Below are positions 8,837 through 18,834 of a DNA stretch of 64,000 bases, piece by piece (position 1 is the stretch's first letter; each line of letters starts with the position of its first letter). The stretch spans positions 431,541-495,540 of the forward strand of contig CAYZOP010000001.1 of assembly GCA_964480485.1 (NCBI GenBank). The letters run 5' to 3'. Position numbers and translations under genes: made by a program. Under the pieces are notes generated by a model. The model had not been told where the DNA came from. It saw nothing but the letters and a program-made list of their open reading frames with translations, and did no database searches. The DNA comes from an uncultured Desulfobacterales bacterium. Its GTDB lineage: Bacteria; Desulfobacterota; Desulfobaccia; Desulfobaccales; 0-14-0-80-60-11.

Positions 8837-10210
8837 ATGATTGCACCGCCTTTGGGGCAACGCTTTGCGCTCCTCACCGACCTCTACCAACTCACCATGG
8901 CGGCCTGCTACTTCGAGCAGGGCATGAACGAGGAAGCCACCTTCAGCCTCTTCATCCGCAAGTACCCGGAAAACCGGGGCTATTTCGTAGCCGCCGGCCT
9001 GGAGGAGGCCCTCAGATACCTGGAAACCTTTTCCTTCGCCGAGGACGACCTGGCTTATCTTGAGTCCACCGGCCTGTTCAAGCCGGCCTTCCTGGAATAC
9101 CTGAAGGGGCTGCGCTTCTCCGGGGAGGTCTTCGCCCTGCCCGAAGGCACCGTGTTTTTCAAGGATGAACCCCTCCTGGAGGTGAGCGCCCCCATCATCC
9201 AGGCCCAGATGGTGGAGACCTTCGTCATCAACGCGGTGAGCCTGCAGACCCTCATCGCCTCCAAGGCCGCCCGCTCCATGCAGGTGGCCGGCGGCCGCCC
9301 GGTCATCGATTTTTCCCTGCGGCGCACCCAGGGGACGGACGCCGGCCTCAAGGTGGCCCGGGCCAGCTACCTTACGGGCTTTGCCGGCACCAGCAACGTC
9401 CTGGCCGGCAAACTCTACGGCATTCCCATCTTCGGCACCATGGCCCACTCCTACATCACCAGCTTTCCCCGGGAGATCGATGCCTTCCGGGTGTTTGCCC
9501 AAACTTTCCCCGGCATTGTCACGTTGCTCATCGACACCTACGACAACGCCGCCGGGGCCCGCAAGGCTGTCCAAGTGGCCCGGGAGCTGGCCGCCCGCGG
9601 CCAGCGCCTGCGGTTTGTCCGCCTGGACAGCGGCGATATCGCTGCCATCAGCAAGGAGGTGCGGAGCATTCTCGATGAGGAGGGCCTCCCCGAAGTCCGC
9701 ATCCTGGCCAGCGGCGGCTTCGACGAGTTCAAGATGGCCCGGGTCCTGGAAGCCGGCGGGGTGGTGGACGCCTTCGCAGTGGGCACCAAGATGGGGGTGT
9801 CCGCCGATGCGCCCTATTTCGACATCGCCTATAAACTGGTAAAATACGGCGGCCGACCGGTGATGAAGCTCTCCACCGGCAAAGTCACCCTGGTGGACAA
9901 GAAACAGGTCTGGCGCTTCAGCGACGAGACCGGCCGCATGCGCCGCGACGTCATCAGCCTGCGGGAGGAGGAGATCCCCGGGGCCGAGCCGCTCCTTGGC
10001 CGGGTGATGAGCGGGGGCCGATTAACCGGGCCCCTCCCCTCCCTGGCCGCCAGCCGCGCCTATTGCCAGCAGCAACTGGCGCGCCTGCCTGAACCTTATC
10101 GGGCCATCACCAGCCCACCCGTTTATCCGGTGGCCCTAAGCCCCGGCTTGGCTAGCCTGCAGGCAAAAGTGGAAGAGGACATCAAACACCGTGAATTGGG
10201 AGAATCATAA
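8837..10210 (+). CDS. pncB: Nicotinate phosphoribosyltransferase
   Basis: LLTDLYQLTMAACYF..., GTSNVLAGKLYGIPIFGTMAHSYI and RLDSGD are NAPRTase family motifs. AAAGGAGG precedes the ATG at 8837. Confidence 0.86.
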   Translation: MIAPPLGQRFALLTDLYQLTMAACYFEQGMNEEATFSLFIRKYPENRGYFVAAGLEEALRYLETFSFAEDDLAYLESTGLFKPAFLEYLKGLRFSGEVFALPEGTVFFKDEPLLEVSAPIIQAQMVETFVINAVSLQTLIASKAARSMQVAGGRPVIDFSLRRTQGTDAGLKVARASYLTGFAGTSNVLAGKLYGIPIFGTMAHSYITSFPREIDAFRVFAQTFPGIVTLLIDTYDNAAGARKAVQVARELAARGQRLRFVRLDSGDIAAISKEVRSILDEEGLPEVRILASGGFDEFKMARVLEAGGVVDAFAVGTKMGVSADAPYFDIAYKLVKYGGRPVMKLSTGKVTLVDKKQVWRFSDETGRMRRDVISLREEEIPGAEPLLGRVMSGGRLTGPLPSLAASRAYCQQQLARLPEPYRAITSPPVYPVALSPGLASLQAKVEEDIKHRELGES

Positions 10211-10822
10211 GTGGGATTGACCGAAGCCCTGTGCGACTACAATACCTTATTTATTCACAAGTGCAGTTATATCGGGGTTTTTGTGCTCATGACCCTGGAA
10301 AGCATGATTGCGCCGGTGCCCAGCGAACTGGTAATGCCTTTTGCCGGCTTTCTCATTTATACCGGCCAATTCGATCCCGTTTGGGTGATCGTGGCCAGCA
10401 GCCTGGGTTCCATCGCGGGCTCCCTCATCTCCTACGGTATGGGGAGGTTGGGGGAGCCGGTGGTGCTGCGTTACGGCCGCTACTTGCTGCTCAACCCCCA
10501 TCACCTGGAGTGGACCAAAGGGTTTTTTGCCCGCCACGGCGGCAAGACTATCTTCATCGCCCGCTTCATCCCGGTGGTCCGCCACCTCATCTCCATCCCG
10601 GCGGGCACGGCCCGTATGGCCCTGGCGCCTTTTCTGCTTTATACCCTGGTGGGCGCCACGCTGTGGAACGGCTTTCTCACCTGGGCTGGCGTCCGGCTGC
10701 GGGAAAACTGGCGTCTCATCCAGCAATACACCCATGTTCTGGACATCCTGGTGGTATTGGCCCTGCTGGCCGGGGCCGCCTGGTTCCTATGGAAAGTCAG
10801 GGCTTCCCGCGCCTCCGTCTGA
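10211..10822 (+). CDS. DedA/SNARE-associated family membrane protein
   Basis: GTG start abuts the pncB stop. The sequence has ES.I.PVPSE..MPFAGFL... and FIARFIPVVRHLISIPAG, typical of DedA. Confidence 0.85.
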   Translation: MGLTEALCDYNTLFIHKCSYIGVFVLMTLESMIAPVPSELVMPFAGFLIYTGQFDPVWVIVASSLGSIAGSLISYGMGRLGEPVVLRYGRYLLLNPHHLEWTKGFFARHGGKTIFIARFIPVVRHLISIPAGTARMALAPFLLYTLVGATLWNGFLTWAGVRLRENWRLIQQYTHVLDILVVLALLAGAAWFLWKVRASRASV

Positions 10823-11634
10823 TAACCGAGGGTGGACCTGCCCAGGATGGCGGCCAAAGGCCGCCGCCCGACGAGGCGTCCTCCGGACTGCCGCCGGCCC
10901 TCATCAACCCGGTGCGGCTGCCAGGGGAAGCGGCAGTGCCCTCCCGGGTGGTGTTGGCCTGCACCAAGCCGGATGTCCGCCTGCTCACCGGCCTGCTGGC
11001 CGCCCCGGATGAACCATACCGCCGCCTGTGGACCTGCGGATTGCACCGGGGGGTCTGCCAAGACCATGATATCCTCCTGGCAGGGCCCGTTTTGGGAGCC
11101 CCCCAGGCCGCCATGGTATTGGAAAAGCTCGCCGCCTTGGGGGCTCAGAGTGTGGTGGTCCTGGGTTGGTGCGGCTCCCTGAGGCCGGAGGTGGCGCTGG
11201 GCCACCTGCTCCTTCCTGCCGCCGCCTTCGGAGGCGACGGCACTTCGCCCCACTATGCCCCGGCCGGCCCGGCTCCCAGGGCGCATGCAGGCCTGCTTGG
11301 GGTGCTGGAAGAGAAACTGCAGGAACTGTCCCGCAAAGAACGGCTCACCTGGCATGCGGGTCCGGTGTGGACCACTGATGCCGTCTACCGGGAAACCGCC
11401 CAGTTCGTGGCCCGGTGCCAGGCTCGGGGCGCCTTGGCGGTGGAGATGGAGCTGGCCGCCCTGTTTGCCGTGGGAGCCTGCCGCGGGGTGGCGGTGGCGG
11501 GCCTGTTGGTGGTGTCGGATGAGCTCTTTACCCTGTCCTGGCGTTCCGGGGCCCGCAGCCCCCAATGTCGGACTGCCCGGGAGGCCGCAGCCCGTTTGGC
11601 TCTCGCGGCCCTGGTTGCCTGGGAGACTCCGTGA
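10789..11634 (+). CDS. PNP/UDP-family nucleoside phosphorylase (start uncertain: ATG 10789 or GTG 10912)
   Basis: Only the 3' part of track ORF 10231..11634 looks real: VVLGWCGSL, TTDAVYRET, ALAVEMELAALF. The 5' 190 codons overlap dedA in another frame and are Arg/Pro junk. Confidence 0.7.
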   Translation: MESQGFPRLRLITEGGPAQDGGQRPPPDEASSGLPPALINPVRLPGEAAVPSRVVLACTKPDVRLLTGLLAAPDEPYRRLWTCGLHRGVCQDHDILLAGPVLGAPQAAMVLEKLAALGAQSVVVLGWCGSLRPEVALGHLLLPAAAFGGDGTSPHYAPAGPAPRAHAGLLGVLEEKLQELSRKERLTWHAGPVWTTDAVYRETAQFVARCQARGALAVEMELAALFAVGACRGVAVAGLLVVSDELFTLSWRSGARSPQCRTAREAAARLALAALVAWETP

Positions 11635-12707
11635 TGCTCAATGGTTCCCTGTTCGCCCTGGACGTGGGCGGCGGCACCCAGGATCTGCTTATCTGGGAGC
11701 CGGGCCAATTGGTGGAGAACGCAACCAAACTGGTGCTCCCCTCCCCCACTCGCATCCTGGCCCGGCGCCTGGCCGAGCTGACGGCCGCCGGGCAACCCGT
11801 CTTTCTCACCGGCCGGCAAATGGGGGGCGGCCCCCTGAGCCAGGCGGTGCGGCGCCACCTGGCCCAGGGTCTTCGGGTCTATGCCCGCCGGGACGCCGCC
11901 ATCACCCTGCATGACAACCTCCGGCAGGTGGAGTCCTGGGGGGTGGTACTTACCGACCAGCCGCCGCCGGAGGCGGTCCCCTTGGTGCTGGGGGACATTG
12001 ATCTGGAAGGTTGGCAGATGGTGTGCCAGCGTTTCGGTGTGCCCTGGCCCCGGCACTTCGCGGTGGCGGTCCAGGACCATGGGTTCAACCCCGAAGGCAG
12101 CAACCGCCGCTTCCGCTTCCAGCACTGGGAGGCCTTCCTGGCCCAGGGCGGCAGGCTTACGGACTTGGCCAGCTTTCAGCCCCCGGCGTATTTGAGCCGC
12201 ACCCTGGCGGTGGCCGAGGCGCTGCCCGGCGCGCTGCTCATGGACACCTGCGCCGCCGGTGTCCGGGGAGCTCTTCTGGATCCGGCCGCCCGGCAACGGC
12301 GAGAGGAAGGCCTGACGGTGGTCAACCTGGGAAACGCCCACACCTTTGCGGCCCTGGTGCGGGGCGATCGCATCCTCGGCCTCTATGAACACCACACCGG
12401 TCTGTTGTCCGCGGCCAAGCTCCTGGAACACCTCCGGCGCTTTCAGCGGCGGCAGATCGACAACGACGAGGTCTTTTTCGATGAGGGCCACGGCTGCGCC
12501 TATGCTCCGGACTACCCCGCAGACCGGGGGTTTGCTTTCACAGTGGTCACCGGCCCCCGGCGCCGCCTCCTGGCCGGCTGGGACGGTGGGGTCTTGGCCG
12601 CGCCCTTCGGCGACATGATGCTCACCGGCGCCTTCGGACTGGCGGAGGCCTTTTTGGAATTGCAGGGCCGGTCGCTGCTTCTAGATGAAACTGGCGGCGG
12701 AATGTGA
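11634..12707 (+). CDS. DUF1786-like ASKHA-fold protein of unknown function
   Basis: LFALDVGGGTQDLLIW is a sugar-kinase/actin-like phosphate-1 motif, and VVNLGNAHTFAALV a second. The start ATG overlaps the upstream stop (GTGATG). Confidence 0.6.
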   Translation: MLNGSLFALDVGGGTQDLLIWEPGQLVENATKLVLPSPTRILARRLAELTAAGQPVFLTGRQMGGGPLSQAVRRHLAQGLRVYARRDAAITLHDNLRQVESWGVVLTDQPPPEAVPLVLGDIDLEGWQMVCQRFGVPWPRHFAVAVQDHGFNPEGSNRRFRFQHWEAFLAQGGRLTDLASFQPPAYLSRTLAVAEALPGALLMDTCAAGVRGALLDPAARQRREEGLTVVNLGNAHTFAALVRGDRILGLYEHHTGLLSAAKLLEHLRRFQRRQIDNDEVFFDEGHGCAYAPDYPADRGFAFTVVTGPRRRLLAGWDGGVLAAPFGDMMLTGAFGLAEAFLELQGRSLLLDETGGGM

Positions 12708-12770
12708 TACAAGGCCAAGTTAAACGCCTCTTCTGGAAAAACTGGGCCTGTGGGCTGAGGGAGACGGACC

Positions 12771-13610
12771 ATGGAGATCCGTTTTTGGGGCACCCGGGGG
12801 TCGATTCCGGCGCCGGGGCCGCACACCCTGGAGTTCGGCGGCAACACCACCTGCGTGGAAATCATCCTGACTTCCGGACGTCGGGTGGTGATTGACGCCG
12901 GCACCGGCCTCCGGCTCTTGGGGGAATACCTGAACACTGAGAATGATCAGGTGCGTCTCCATCTCCTGCTGACGCACAACCATTGGGACCACCTCCTGGG
13001 CCTCCCCTTTTTTAAACCCATCTACCGCGAAGACACCGAAATCCTGGTGGACGGTTGGCCCCTGGCCTTCCAGGCCATGACCCGGATCTTCGACGACCAC
13101 CTGGGGGATGGGTTTTTCCCCGTGGCCTTCGATCAGCTCAAGGCCCGCATCAGCTTCATCAACCGGGTGGCCCGGGGACCGCTGGTGCTGGATGGCGTCA
13201 GGATCGAGGCCCTCTCCCTGAACCACCCCCAGGGCTGTCTGGGTTTTAAATTTCAGGAGAATGCTCGGGTGTTGGTGTTTATCACCGACAACGAATTGGG
13301 CCTTCAGGGCGGCCGTTCCTGGGACGACTTCGTCCAGTTTGTCAGCGGTGCGGATCTGCTCATCCATGATGCCCAGTACCTGCCCGAAGAAATCGCTTGC
13401 CACCGGGGGTGGGGACACTCCACCTTCGACGAGGTGGTGCGCCTGGCAGTGGACGGGGGGGTCCGGCAGGTCCTGCTCACCCACCACGATCCCAGCCGCA
13501 CCGACCTCAAGGTGCGTCACCTGGTGGAGCGGGCCCGGGAGATCGCCCGCAGCGCCGGCGTGTCGCCGCACCTCGACGCCGCCCGGGAGGGGGTCCACTT
13601 GACCCTGTGA
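12771..13610 (+). CDS. MBL-fold metallo-hydrolase
   Basis: MEIRFWGTRGSIP...GGNTTCVEI... LLTHNHWDHLLGLP (HxHxDH motif), ...GWGHSTF, LTHHDP. Confidence 0.82.
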   Translation: MEIRFWGTRGSIPAPGPHTLEFGGNTTCVEIILTSGRRVVIDAGTGLRLLGEYLNTENDQVRLHLLLTHNHWDHLLGLPFFKPIYREDTEILVDGWPLAFQAMTRIFDDHLGDGFFPVAFDQLKARISFINRVARGPLVLDGVRIEALSLNHPQGCLGFKFQENARVLVFITDNELGLQGGRSWDDFVQFVSGADLLIHDAQYLPEEIACHRGWGHSTFDEVVRLAVDGGVRQVLLTHHDPSRTDLKVRHLVERAREIARSAGVSPHLDAAREGVHLTL

Positions 13611-13781
13611 CCTGGGCCGGAAGCAACCTGGCATCCCTCCCCTTCCGGGGGGTCCTTCAGGGAGAGGCACATCCAGGTCAGAGGTGCTGCAACGCTTACC
13701 GGTGGAGCCGCCCTTCCCCTGGCCTTGCCTGGCTGCCTCCGGTCGTCCTTTCCTCAGCCGATGGCATGGAGCTCGCAGGAT

Positions 13782-14057
13782 ATGATCAATTGGCAAGTTT
13801 TCTGGATCACGTTCGGCACCGTCTTTCTGGCGGAGATCGGAGACAAGACCCAACTGGCCGCCCTCACCATGACCGCTGACACCCGGGCCCCGGTGGCGGT
13901 TTTCCTGGGCGCCTGCCTGGCCTTGTGCCTGGCCACCCTCATCGGGGTGACGGCCGGCGGCCTGTTGACCCAGTATGTCCCGGAGCACCTCATCAAGAAG
14001 GTTGCCGGAATGGCGTTCATCATCATCGGCGGCTTGATCCTCCTGGGGAAGTGGTAG
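13782..14057 (+). CDS. Half-size TMEM165/GDT1 (UPF0016) family cation transporter subunit
   Basis: The single E-x-G-D-K-T motif (FLAEIGDKTQLAALTM) and 3 predicted TM segments give about 91 aa. The start could also be ATG 13761 or 13725. Confidence 0.72.
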   Translation: MINWQVFWITFGTVFLAEIGDKTQLAALTMTADTRAPVAVFLGACLALCLATLIGVTAGGLLTQYVPEHLIKKVAGMAFIIIGGLILLGKW

Positions 14058-14228
14058 GTCGCACCTTCTCCCAGGGCGTACTCCCGCCTTCTTGGGCCTG
14101 TCCGGGCATTTCCGGCGGGATGGCCCTCCGGTAGCCCTTCCCCCTTTCCTTCTCATGGAACTTTCTGCTAAACTTACTCTGGTCAGCCCGCTTGGCGGGC
14201 CGTTACCGGTCTGAGCAGTCTTCGTTCC

Positions 14229-14804
14229 ATGGAACTTCCTGCCACTCTTTTGGGTCCCCGGAGCCTGGTGCTCATCGGCTATCGGGCCACCGGCAAGACC
14301 ACCGTGGGGCTCCTTTTGGCCCGCGCCCTGGGGCGTCCTTTCGTGGACCTGGACCAGGAACTGGTGGCCGCAGCCGGGATGACGGTGGCAGACATTGTGG
14401 CCCTGGAGGGGTGGCCCGGATTTCGCCGCCGGGAAACGGCGCTGGTGCGGCGCTTCGCCCACATCTCCGGGATGGTCCTGGCCACCGGGGGGGGCGTAAT
14501 CCTGGACCCCGAAAACGTCACGGCCTTGCGGCGCCATGGTCTCCTGGTCTGGCTCACCGCCACTCCGGAGGTCATCCGGCGCCGGTTGGCCGAGGACCGG
14601 AAAACCGCGGTCAATCGTCCCGGCCTGGGGCAAAGCGACGCCCTGGCCGAAGTGGAAGAGATTCTGGCCCAGCGGGAACCCCTCTATCGGCAGGCCGCCG
14701 ACGTGGTCATCGATACCAATGGGCTCACCGCCCAAGAGGTGGCGGACCGGATCCTGAAGGCGGTACTGGGACCCTCGGTTCACCAACCGACTACTGACCG
14801 CTGA
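14229..14804 (+). CDS. aroK: Shikimate kinase
   Basis: It has a Walker A (GYRATGKTTVG), DLDQE, and GGGVIL. It sits immediately upstream of aroC. Confidence 0.88.
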   Translation: MELPATLLGPRSLVLIGYRATGKTTVGLLLARALGRPFVDLDQELVAAAGMTVADIVALEGWPGFRRRETALVRRFAHISGMVLATGGGVILDPENVTALRRHGLLVWLTATPEVIRRRLAEDRKTAVNRPGLGQSDALAEVEEILAQREPLYRQAADVVIDTNGLTAQEVADRILKAVLGPSVHQPTTDR

Positions 14805-14819
14805 CTACAGATTACCGCC

Positions 14820-15872
14820 ATGGCAGGAAACACCTTCGGCAGCGTCTTTCGGGTAACCACCTGGGGCGAGTCCCACGGCCCGGCGGTGGGCGCGGTGATT
14901 GACGGCTGCCCCCCCCTTCTGCCGCTGTCGCCTGCAGACATCCAGGCCGAACTGGCCCGGCGGCGGCCCGGGGTCCAGGCCCACGCCACCGCCCGCCGGG
15001 AGCCGGACCAGGTGGAGATCCTCTCCGGGGTGTTTCAGGGGCTCACCACCGGCACCGCCATCAGTCTGCTCATCGCCAACCGGGATGTCCGCAGCCGGGA
15101 TTACGACGACCTGGCGGAGGTTTTTCGCCCCGGTCACGGGGACTTTACCTACCAGGCCAAATACGGCATCCGGGACCACCGGGGTGGCGGGCGGGCCTCG
15201 GCCCGGGAGACGGCGGCCCGGGTGGCTGCCGGCGCCGTGGCCCAGAAAGTCCTGGATCGGCAAGGTCTGGTCATCCTGGCCTATACGGTGGAACTGGGCG
15301 GGGTGCCGGCCGCCTTCAAGGATGAGACCTTCATCTGGAACAACCCCTTTTTCTGCGCCGACCCGGAGGCGGTGGCTCCCATGACGGCCCGGGTGGAGGA
15401 GGTGCGCCGCTTGGGCGACTCCCTGGGCGGCGTGGTGGAACTCCGCGTCCGGGGCTGCCCTCCGGGCTTGGGGGAGCCGGTGTTTGAGAAGCTGGATGCG
15501 GTTTTGGCCCTGGCCCTGATGAGTGTCGGCGCGGTCAAGGGGGTGGAGATCGGGGCAGGCTTCGCCGCGGCCCGGATGCTGGGCTCCCAGCACAACGACC
15601 CGCTCATTCCCGGCGGGTTTGCCTCCAACCATGCCGGGGGCATTTTGGCCGGGATCTCCAATGGCGACGAACTAATTATGCGGGCCGCAGTCAAACCCAT
15701 CCCCTCCATCGCCCGGGAGCAGCAGACCATCGACGTACAGGGCCGGCCCCGCCGGCTCAGGGTGAAGGGGCGTCATGATATCAGCGCCATCCCCCGCATC
15801 GTACCGGTCCTGGCCGCCATGGTGCGCCTCACCCTGGCCGACTTTCTCCTCCGGCAAAAGGCCCTGGGATGA
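14820..15872 (+). CDS. aroC: Chorismate synthase
   Basis: GNTFGSVFRVTTWGESHGPAVG, RPGHGDFTY, GGGRASARETA. Confidence 0.95.
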   Translation: MAGNTFGSVFRVTTWGESHGPAVGAVIDGCPPLLPLSPADIQAELARRRPGVQAHATARREPDQVEILSGVFQGLTTGTAISLLIANRDVRSRDYDDLAEVFRPGHGDFTYQAKYGIRDHRGGGRASARETAARVAAGAVAQKVLDRQGLVILAYTVELGGVPAAFKDETFIWNNPFFCADPEAVAPMTARVEEVRRLGDSLGGVVELRVRGCPPGLGEPVFEKLDAVLALALMSVGAVKGVEIGAGFAAARMLGSQHNDPLIPGGFASNHAGGILAGISNGDELIMRAAVKPIPSIAREQQTIDVQGRPRRLRVKGRHDISAIPRIVPVLAAMVRLTLADFLLRQKALG

Positions 15873-16627
15873 GCGTTACCATCGGCCTGATTGGCGGCGC
15901 CGGCCAGATGGGTCAGTGGCTCAGGCGGTTCTTTGAGGCGCGGGACTTCCGGGTGCTGGTTTCCGACCTGGGCACCGCCCTTTCAGCCGTGGAGGTGGCT
16001 TCCCAGGCCGACGTGGTCATCCTCTGCGTCCCCATCCCCGCAGTGGCCCAGGTGGCCAAAGAAGTGGGACCGCATCTCAAACCCACCGCGGCCCTCATGG
16101 ACATCGCCTCGGTGAAGCAGCGCCCTCTGGCGGACATGCTCAAGGCCTTCCCCGGAGAGGTGGTGGGCACCCACCCCCTCTTCGGCCCAGGCGAGCCGCA
16201 CATCGCCGGTCTCACCGTGGTGCTCTGCCGGGGCCGGGGGGAACGTTGGTTCAATTGGCTGAAAGAATTGCTGACGGAAGCCGGCGCCCGGGTCCGGGTA
16301 ACCACCGCCACGGAACACGACCGCCTCATGAGCGTGGTCCAGGGGCTGGCCCACTTCATCCTCATCGCCCTGGGCACCACCCTCAGCCAGATGAAGGTGG
16401 CGGAGCAGGACCTGGAGGACTTCGCCACTCCCACTTTTTCGGCGCTCTACCAGTTGACTCGGAAGCTGCTCAGCCAGGACGCCAAGCTGTACGCCTGCAT
16501 CCAGTTGCAAAATCCGGCCAATCGCATGACCCTGCGGGCTTTCAATGACGCGGTGGCCGACATCCTTTACTTCATCCAACGCCAGGATGCCGCCGGCTTG
16601 GTGCGCTTGCTGGAGGAAATCAAGTGA
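15869..16627 (+). CDS. tyrA: Prephenate dehydrogenase
   Basis: There is an ATGA overlap with aroC. It has the Rossmann motif IGLIGGAGQMG, plus DIASVK and THPLFGP. Confidence 0.85.
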   Translation: MSVTIGLIGGAGQMGQWLRRFFEARDFRVLVSDLGTALSAVEVASQADVVILCVPIPAVAQVAKEVGPHLKPTAALMDIASVKQRPLADMLKAFPGEVVGTHPLFGPGEPHIAGLTVVLCRGRGERWFNWLKELLTEAGARVRVTTATEHDRLMSVVQGLAHFILIALGTTLSQMKVAEQDLEDFATPTFSALYQLTRKLLSQDAKLYACIQLQNPANRMTLRAFNDAVADILYFIQRQDAAGLVRLLEEIK

Positions 16628-16635
16628 AGGTACTG

Positions 16636-16767
16636 GAGGGAGGAGGCCAGGGGCCCGAAGGCCCCCTGCTAGTCCCCTTCGCACCCCTGCCCCCAACCCC
16701 TGATCGGATGGTGGGGAGGGGAGTTTGAGGGGAGGGGGGAGCCGGATTCCCCCAGCCCTCCCCTCAA
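16636..16767. repeat. G/C-rich composite palindromic element, full copy
   Basis: GGAGGAGGCCAGGGGCC-CGAA-GGCCCCCTGC / CCCCCAACCCC..GGTGGGGAGGGG / TTGAGGGGAGGG-N19-CCCTCCCCTCAA. It lies between tyrA and serS. Confidence 0.75.
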
Positions 16768-16800
16768 GAGCCCAGGTTTTCAAAGCCACAGGAGATCGCC

Positions 16801-18081
16801 ATGCTGGACCTGCGTTTTGTCCGGGATCACCTGGAACAGGTGCAACAGGCCCTGAAAAACCGCGGCCTGGATATTTCCTTTGACGAGTTCCTGGCCAAGG
16901 ACGCCTGGCGGCGCGCCGCCATCACCGAGCTGGAGAGCTTGCGCCACCAGCGCAATAGCCTTTCGGAAAAAGTCGGGCAACTGAAAAAAGCCAAGCAGGA
17001 TGCGGAAGCCCAGGAATACATTACGAAAGTCAAGGAAATCAACCAGGCCCTCAAAAACCTGGAGGCCCAGGTGGACGAATTCGAGCCCTGGGTGCGGGAG
17101 TTTCTCCTGGGCCTCCCCAACCTCCCTCACGAAACCGTGCCCCTGGGGGCCTCCGCCGACGACAACCCCGTGGTGAAGATCTGGGGGGAGCCCCCCCGTT
17201 TCGACTTCGAGGCCAAGCCCCACTGGGAGATCGGCGAGCGCTTGGGCATCCTGGATTTCGAGCGGGCCGCCAAGATCACCGGAGCGCGCTTCGCCTTGCT
17301 CAAGGGGGCCGGCGCCCTCATGGAGCGGGCCCTCATCAGCTTCATGCTGGACCTGCACACCAAGCGGCACGGCTACACCGAGGTCTGGCCACCCTTCATG
17401 ACCAACCGGGCCGCCATGACCGGCACCGGCCAGCTCCCCAAGTTCGAAGCCGACCTGTTCAAGCTGGAGGGCTGGGACTACTTCCTGGTGCCCACCGCCG
17501 AGGTGCCGGTGACCAACATCCACCGGGAGGAAATCCTGAAGGCCGAGGACCTGCCCCTTTATTACACCGCCTACACGCCCTGCTTCCGCTCCGAGGCCGG
17601 CTCCTACGGCAAGGACGTCCGGGGTCTCATCCGCCAACACCAGTTTGACAAGGTGGAGCTGGTGAAATTCGTGCTGCCGGAAACCTCCTTCGACGAACTG
17701 GAGAGCCTCCGGGCCAACGCCGAGGCCGTGCTTCAGGAGCTGGGACTCCCGTACCGGGTGGTGGTCCTGTGCACCGGGGACATGGGCTTTGCTTCGGCCA
17801 AGACCTATGACCTGGAGGTTTGGCTGCCGGGTCAGGGCCTCTACCGGGAAATCTCCTCCTGCAGCAACTTCACCGACTACCAGGCCAGGCGGGCAGGCAT
17901 CCGCTTCAAGCGCCCGGGCGGCAGCGGCACCGAGCTGGTGCACACCTTGAACGGCTCCGGCTTGGCCGTGGGCCGCACCATGGTGGCCATCCTGGAGAAC
18001 TGCCAGCAGGCCGACGGCAGCGTCATCATCCCGGAAAAGCTCAGGCCGTACATGGGCGGGCTGGAGAAGATCAGCCTTTGA
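16801..18081 (+). CDS. serS: Seryl-tRNA synthetase
   Basis: An N-terminal coiled-coil arm and class II motifs ([20 protein letters not shown]). Confidence 0.97.
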   Translation: MLDLRFVRDHLEQVQQALKNRGLDISFDEFLAKDAWRRAAITELESLRHQRNSLSEKVGQLKKAKQDAEAQEYITKVKEINQALKNLEAQVDEFEPWVREFLLGLPNLPHETVPLGASADDNPVVKIWGEPPRFDFEAKPHWEIGERLGILDFERAAKITGARFALLKGAGALMERALISFMLDLHTKRHGYTEVWPPFMTNRAAMTGTGQLPKFEADLFKLEGWDYFLVPTAEVPVTNIHREEILKAEDLPLYYTAYTPCFRSEAGSYGKDVRGLIRQHQFDKVELVKFVLPETSFDELESLRANAEAVLQELGLPYRVVVLCTGDMGFASAKTYDLEVWLPGQGLYREISSCSNFTDYQARRAGIRFKRPGGSGTELVHTLNGSGLAVGRTMVAILENCQQADGSVIIPEKLRPYMGGLEKISL

Positions 18082-18667
18082 CGAGGGGCGGAAGGACGGC
18101 GCCAGAAGCCGTAATTGCCAAAGTCCATGAGGCTATTGGCGGCAATGACTACCCCGGCCATGCCTATCTCCAGGGAAGCTACGAGGGCTGTGAACCCGCA
18201 GCAGAAGGAGGCCCGTTTCGGGGACGCCGGGATTGGCGGGAGCTTCCCCCCGACTTTTTAGACGCCCCCGCCGCCGCGGTGAGCCAGTTCGCGGCAGCCG
18301 GGTTCCGGTTTTTCCTGCCGGCCTAGCTCATCGCCGACCTCCAGGGGACCCTCCAGCACGCCGGCCCGTTGTTCCACCTGACCCACGGCTTTTTGGACGA
18401 AGGCGTCGAGATTCCGAAGAAAGGCCGGATCTTCACCAGCCGTTTCGGCAGATCCAAGCTCATCAACCCCGGCGCTACGGTGCGGCCACGACCTTCGACT
18501 ACGCCCGCTGCCGCCTGGCGGTGTGCTCCCGGGAGGAGGCTTGGGCCATCGTCGCCTATCTTAACGACCGCCGGGAGAAAGATGCCTTGGGACTGGACCA
18601 GAAGCGCATCGACGCGGCCCTGGCGGCCTGCTGGCGGGAAAGGGTGCGCTTGGCTCCCGCTGCTTAG
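18078..18667 (+). pseudogene. Disrupted small gene of unknown function, with an in-frame TAG and a frameshift
   Basis: Frame 0 reads ...WRELPPDFLDAPAAAVSQFAAAGFRFFLPA-TAG(18324)-LIADLQGTLQHAGPLFHLTHGFLDEGVEIPKKGRIF.... Protein-like sequence then continues only in another frame (...TTFDYARCRLAVCSREEAWAIVAYLNDRREKDALGLDQKRIDAALAACW, stop 18667). The switch lies near 18460-18480. A possible TTG start at 18078 overlaps the serS stop. Confidence 0.42.
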
Positions 18668-18834
18668 GACCTGAAACGCCACCTGGAAGAAGAAGAGGCC
18701 TGTCTTGCGGTCATTCAAAGAGAAGCCGAAAATCCTTGAAAATCCCGCTGGCCCCGGATGGCAAAACCAAGGCCGGGAAGCAGAAAAAGCCCCCGGCCAA
18801 GAAGGCGTCGGTACGGTAGGGAAAGGCAATCGGC

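Noticed and set aside
10231-10788. N-terminal 186 codons of the 467-aa ORF 10231..11634.
   Set aside because: This part overlaps the convincing DedA gene in another frame and translates to Arg/Pro/Gly junk. Only the 3' portion (phosphorylase domain) is protein-like.
13611-13781. yybP-ykoY (Mn2+) riboswitch upstream of the UPF0016/GDT1 gene.
   Set aside because: This is a logical place for one, but I could not find the conserved GGGGAGUAG / GAGACAU-type loops. Only a loosely similar AGGGAGAGGCACAUCC is present.
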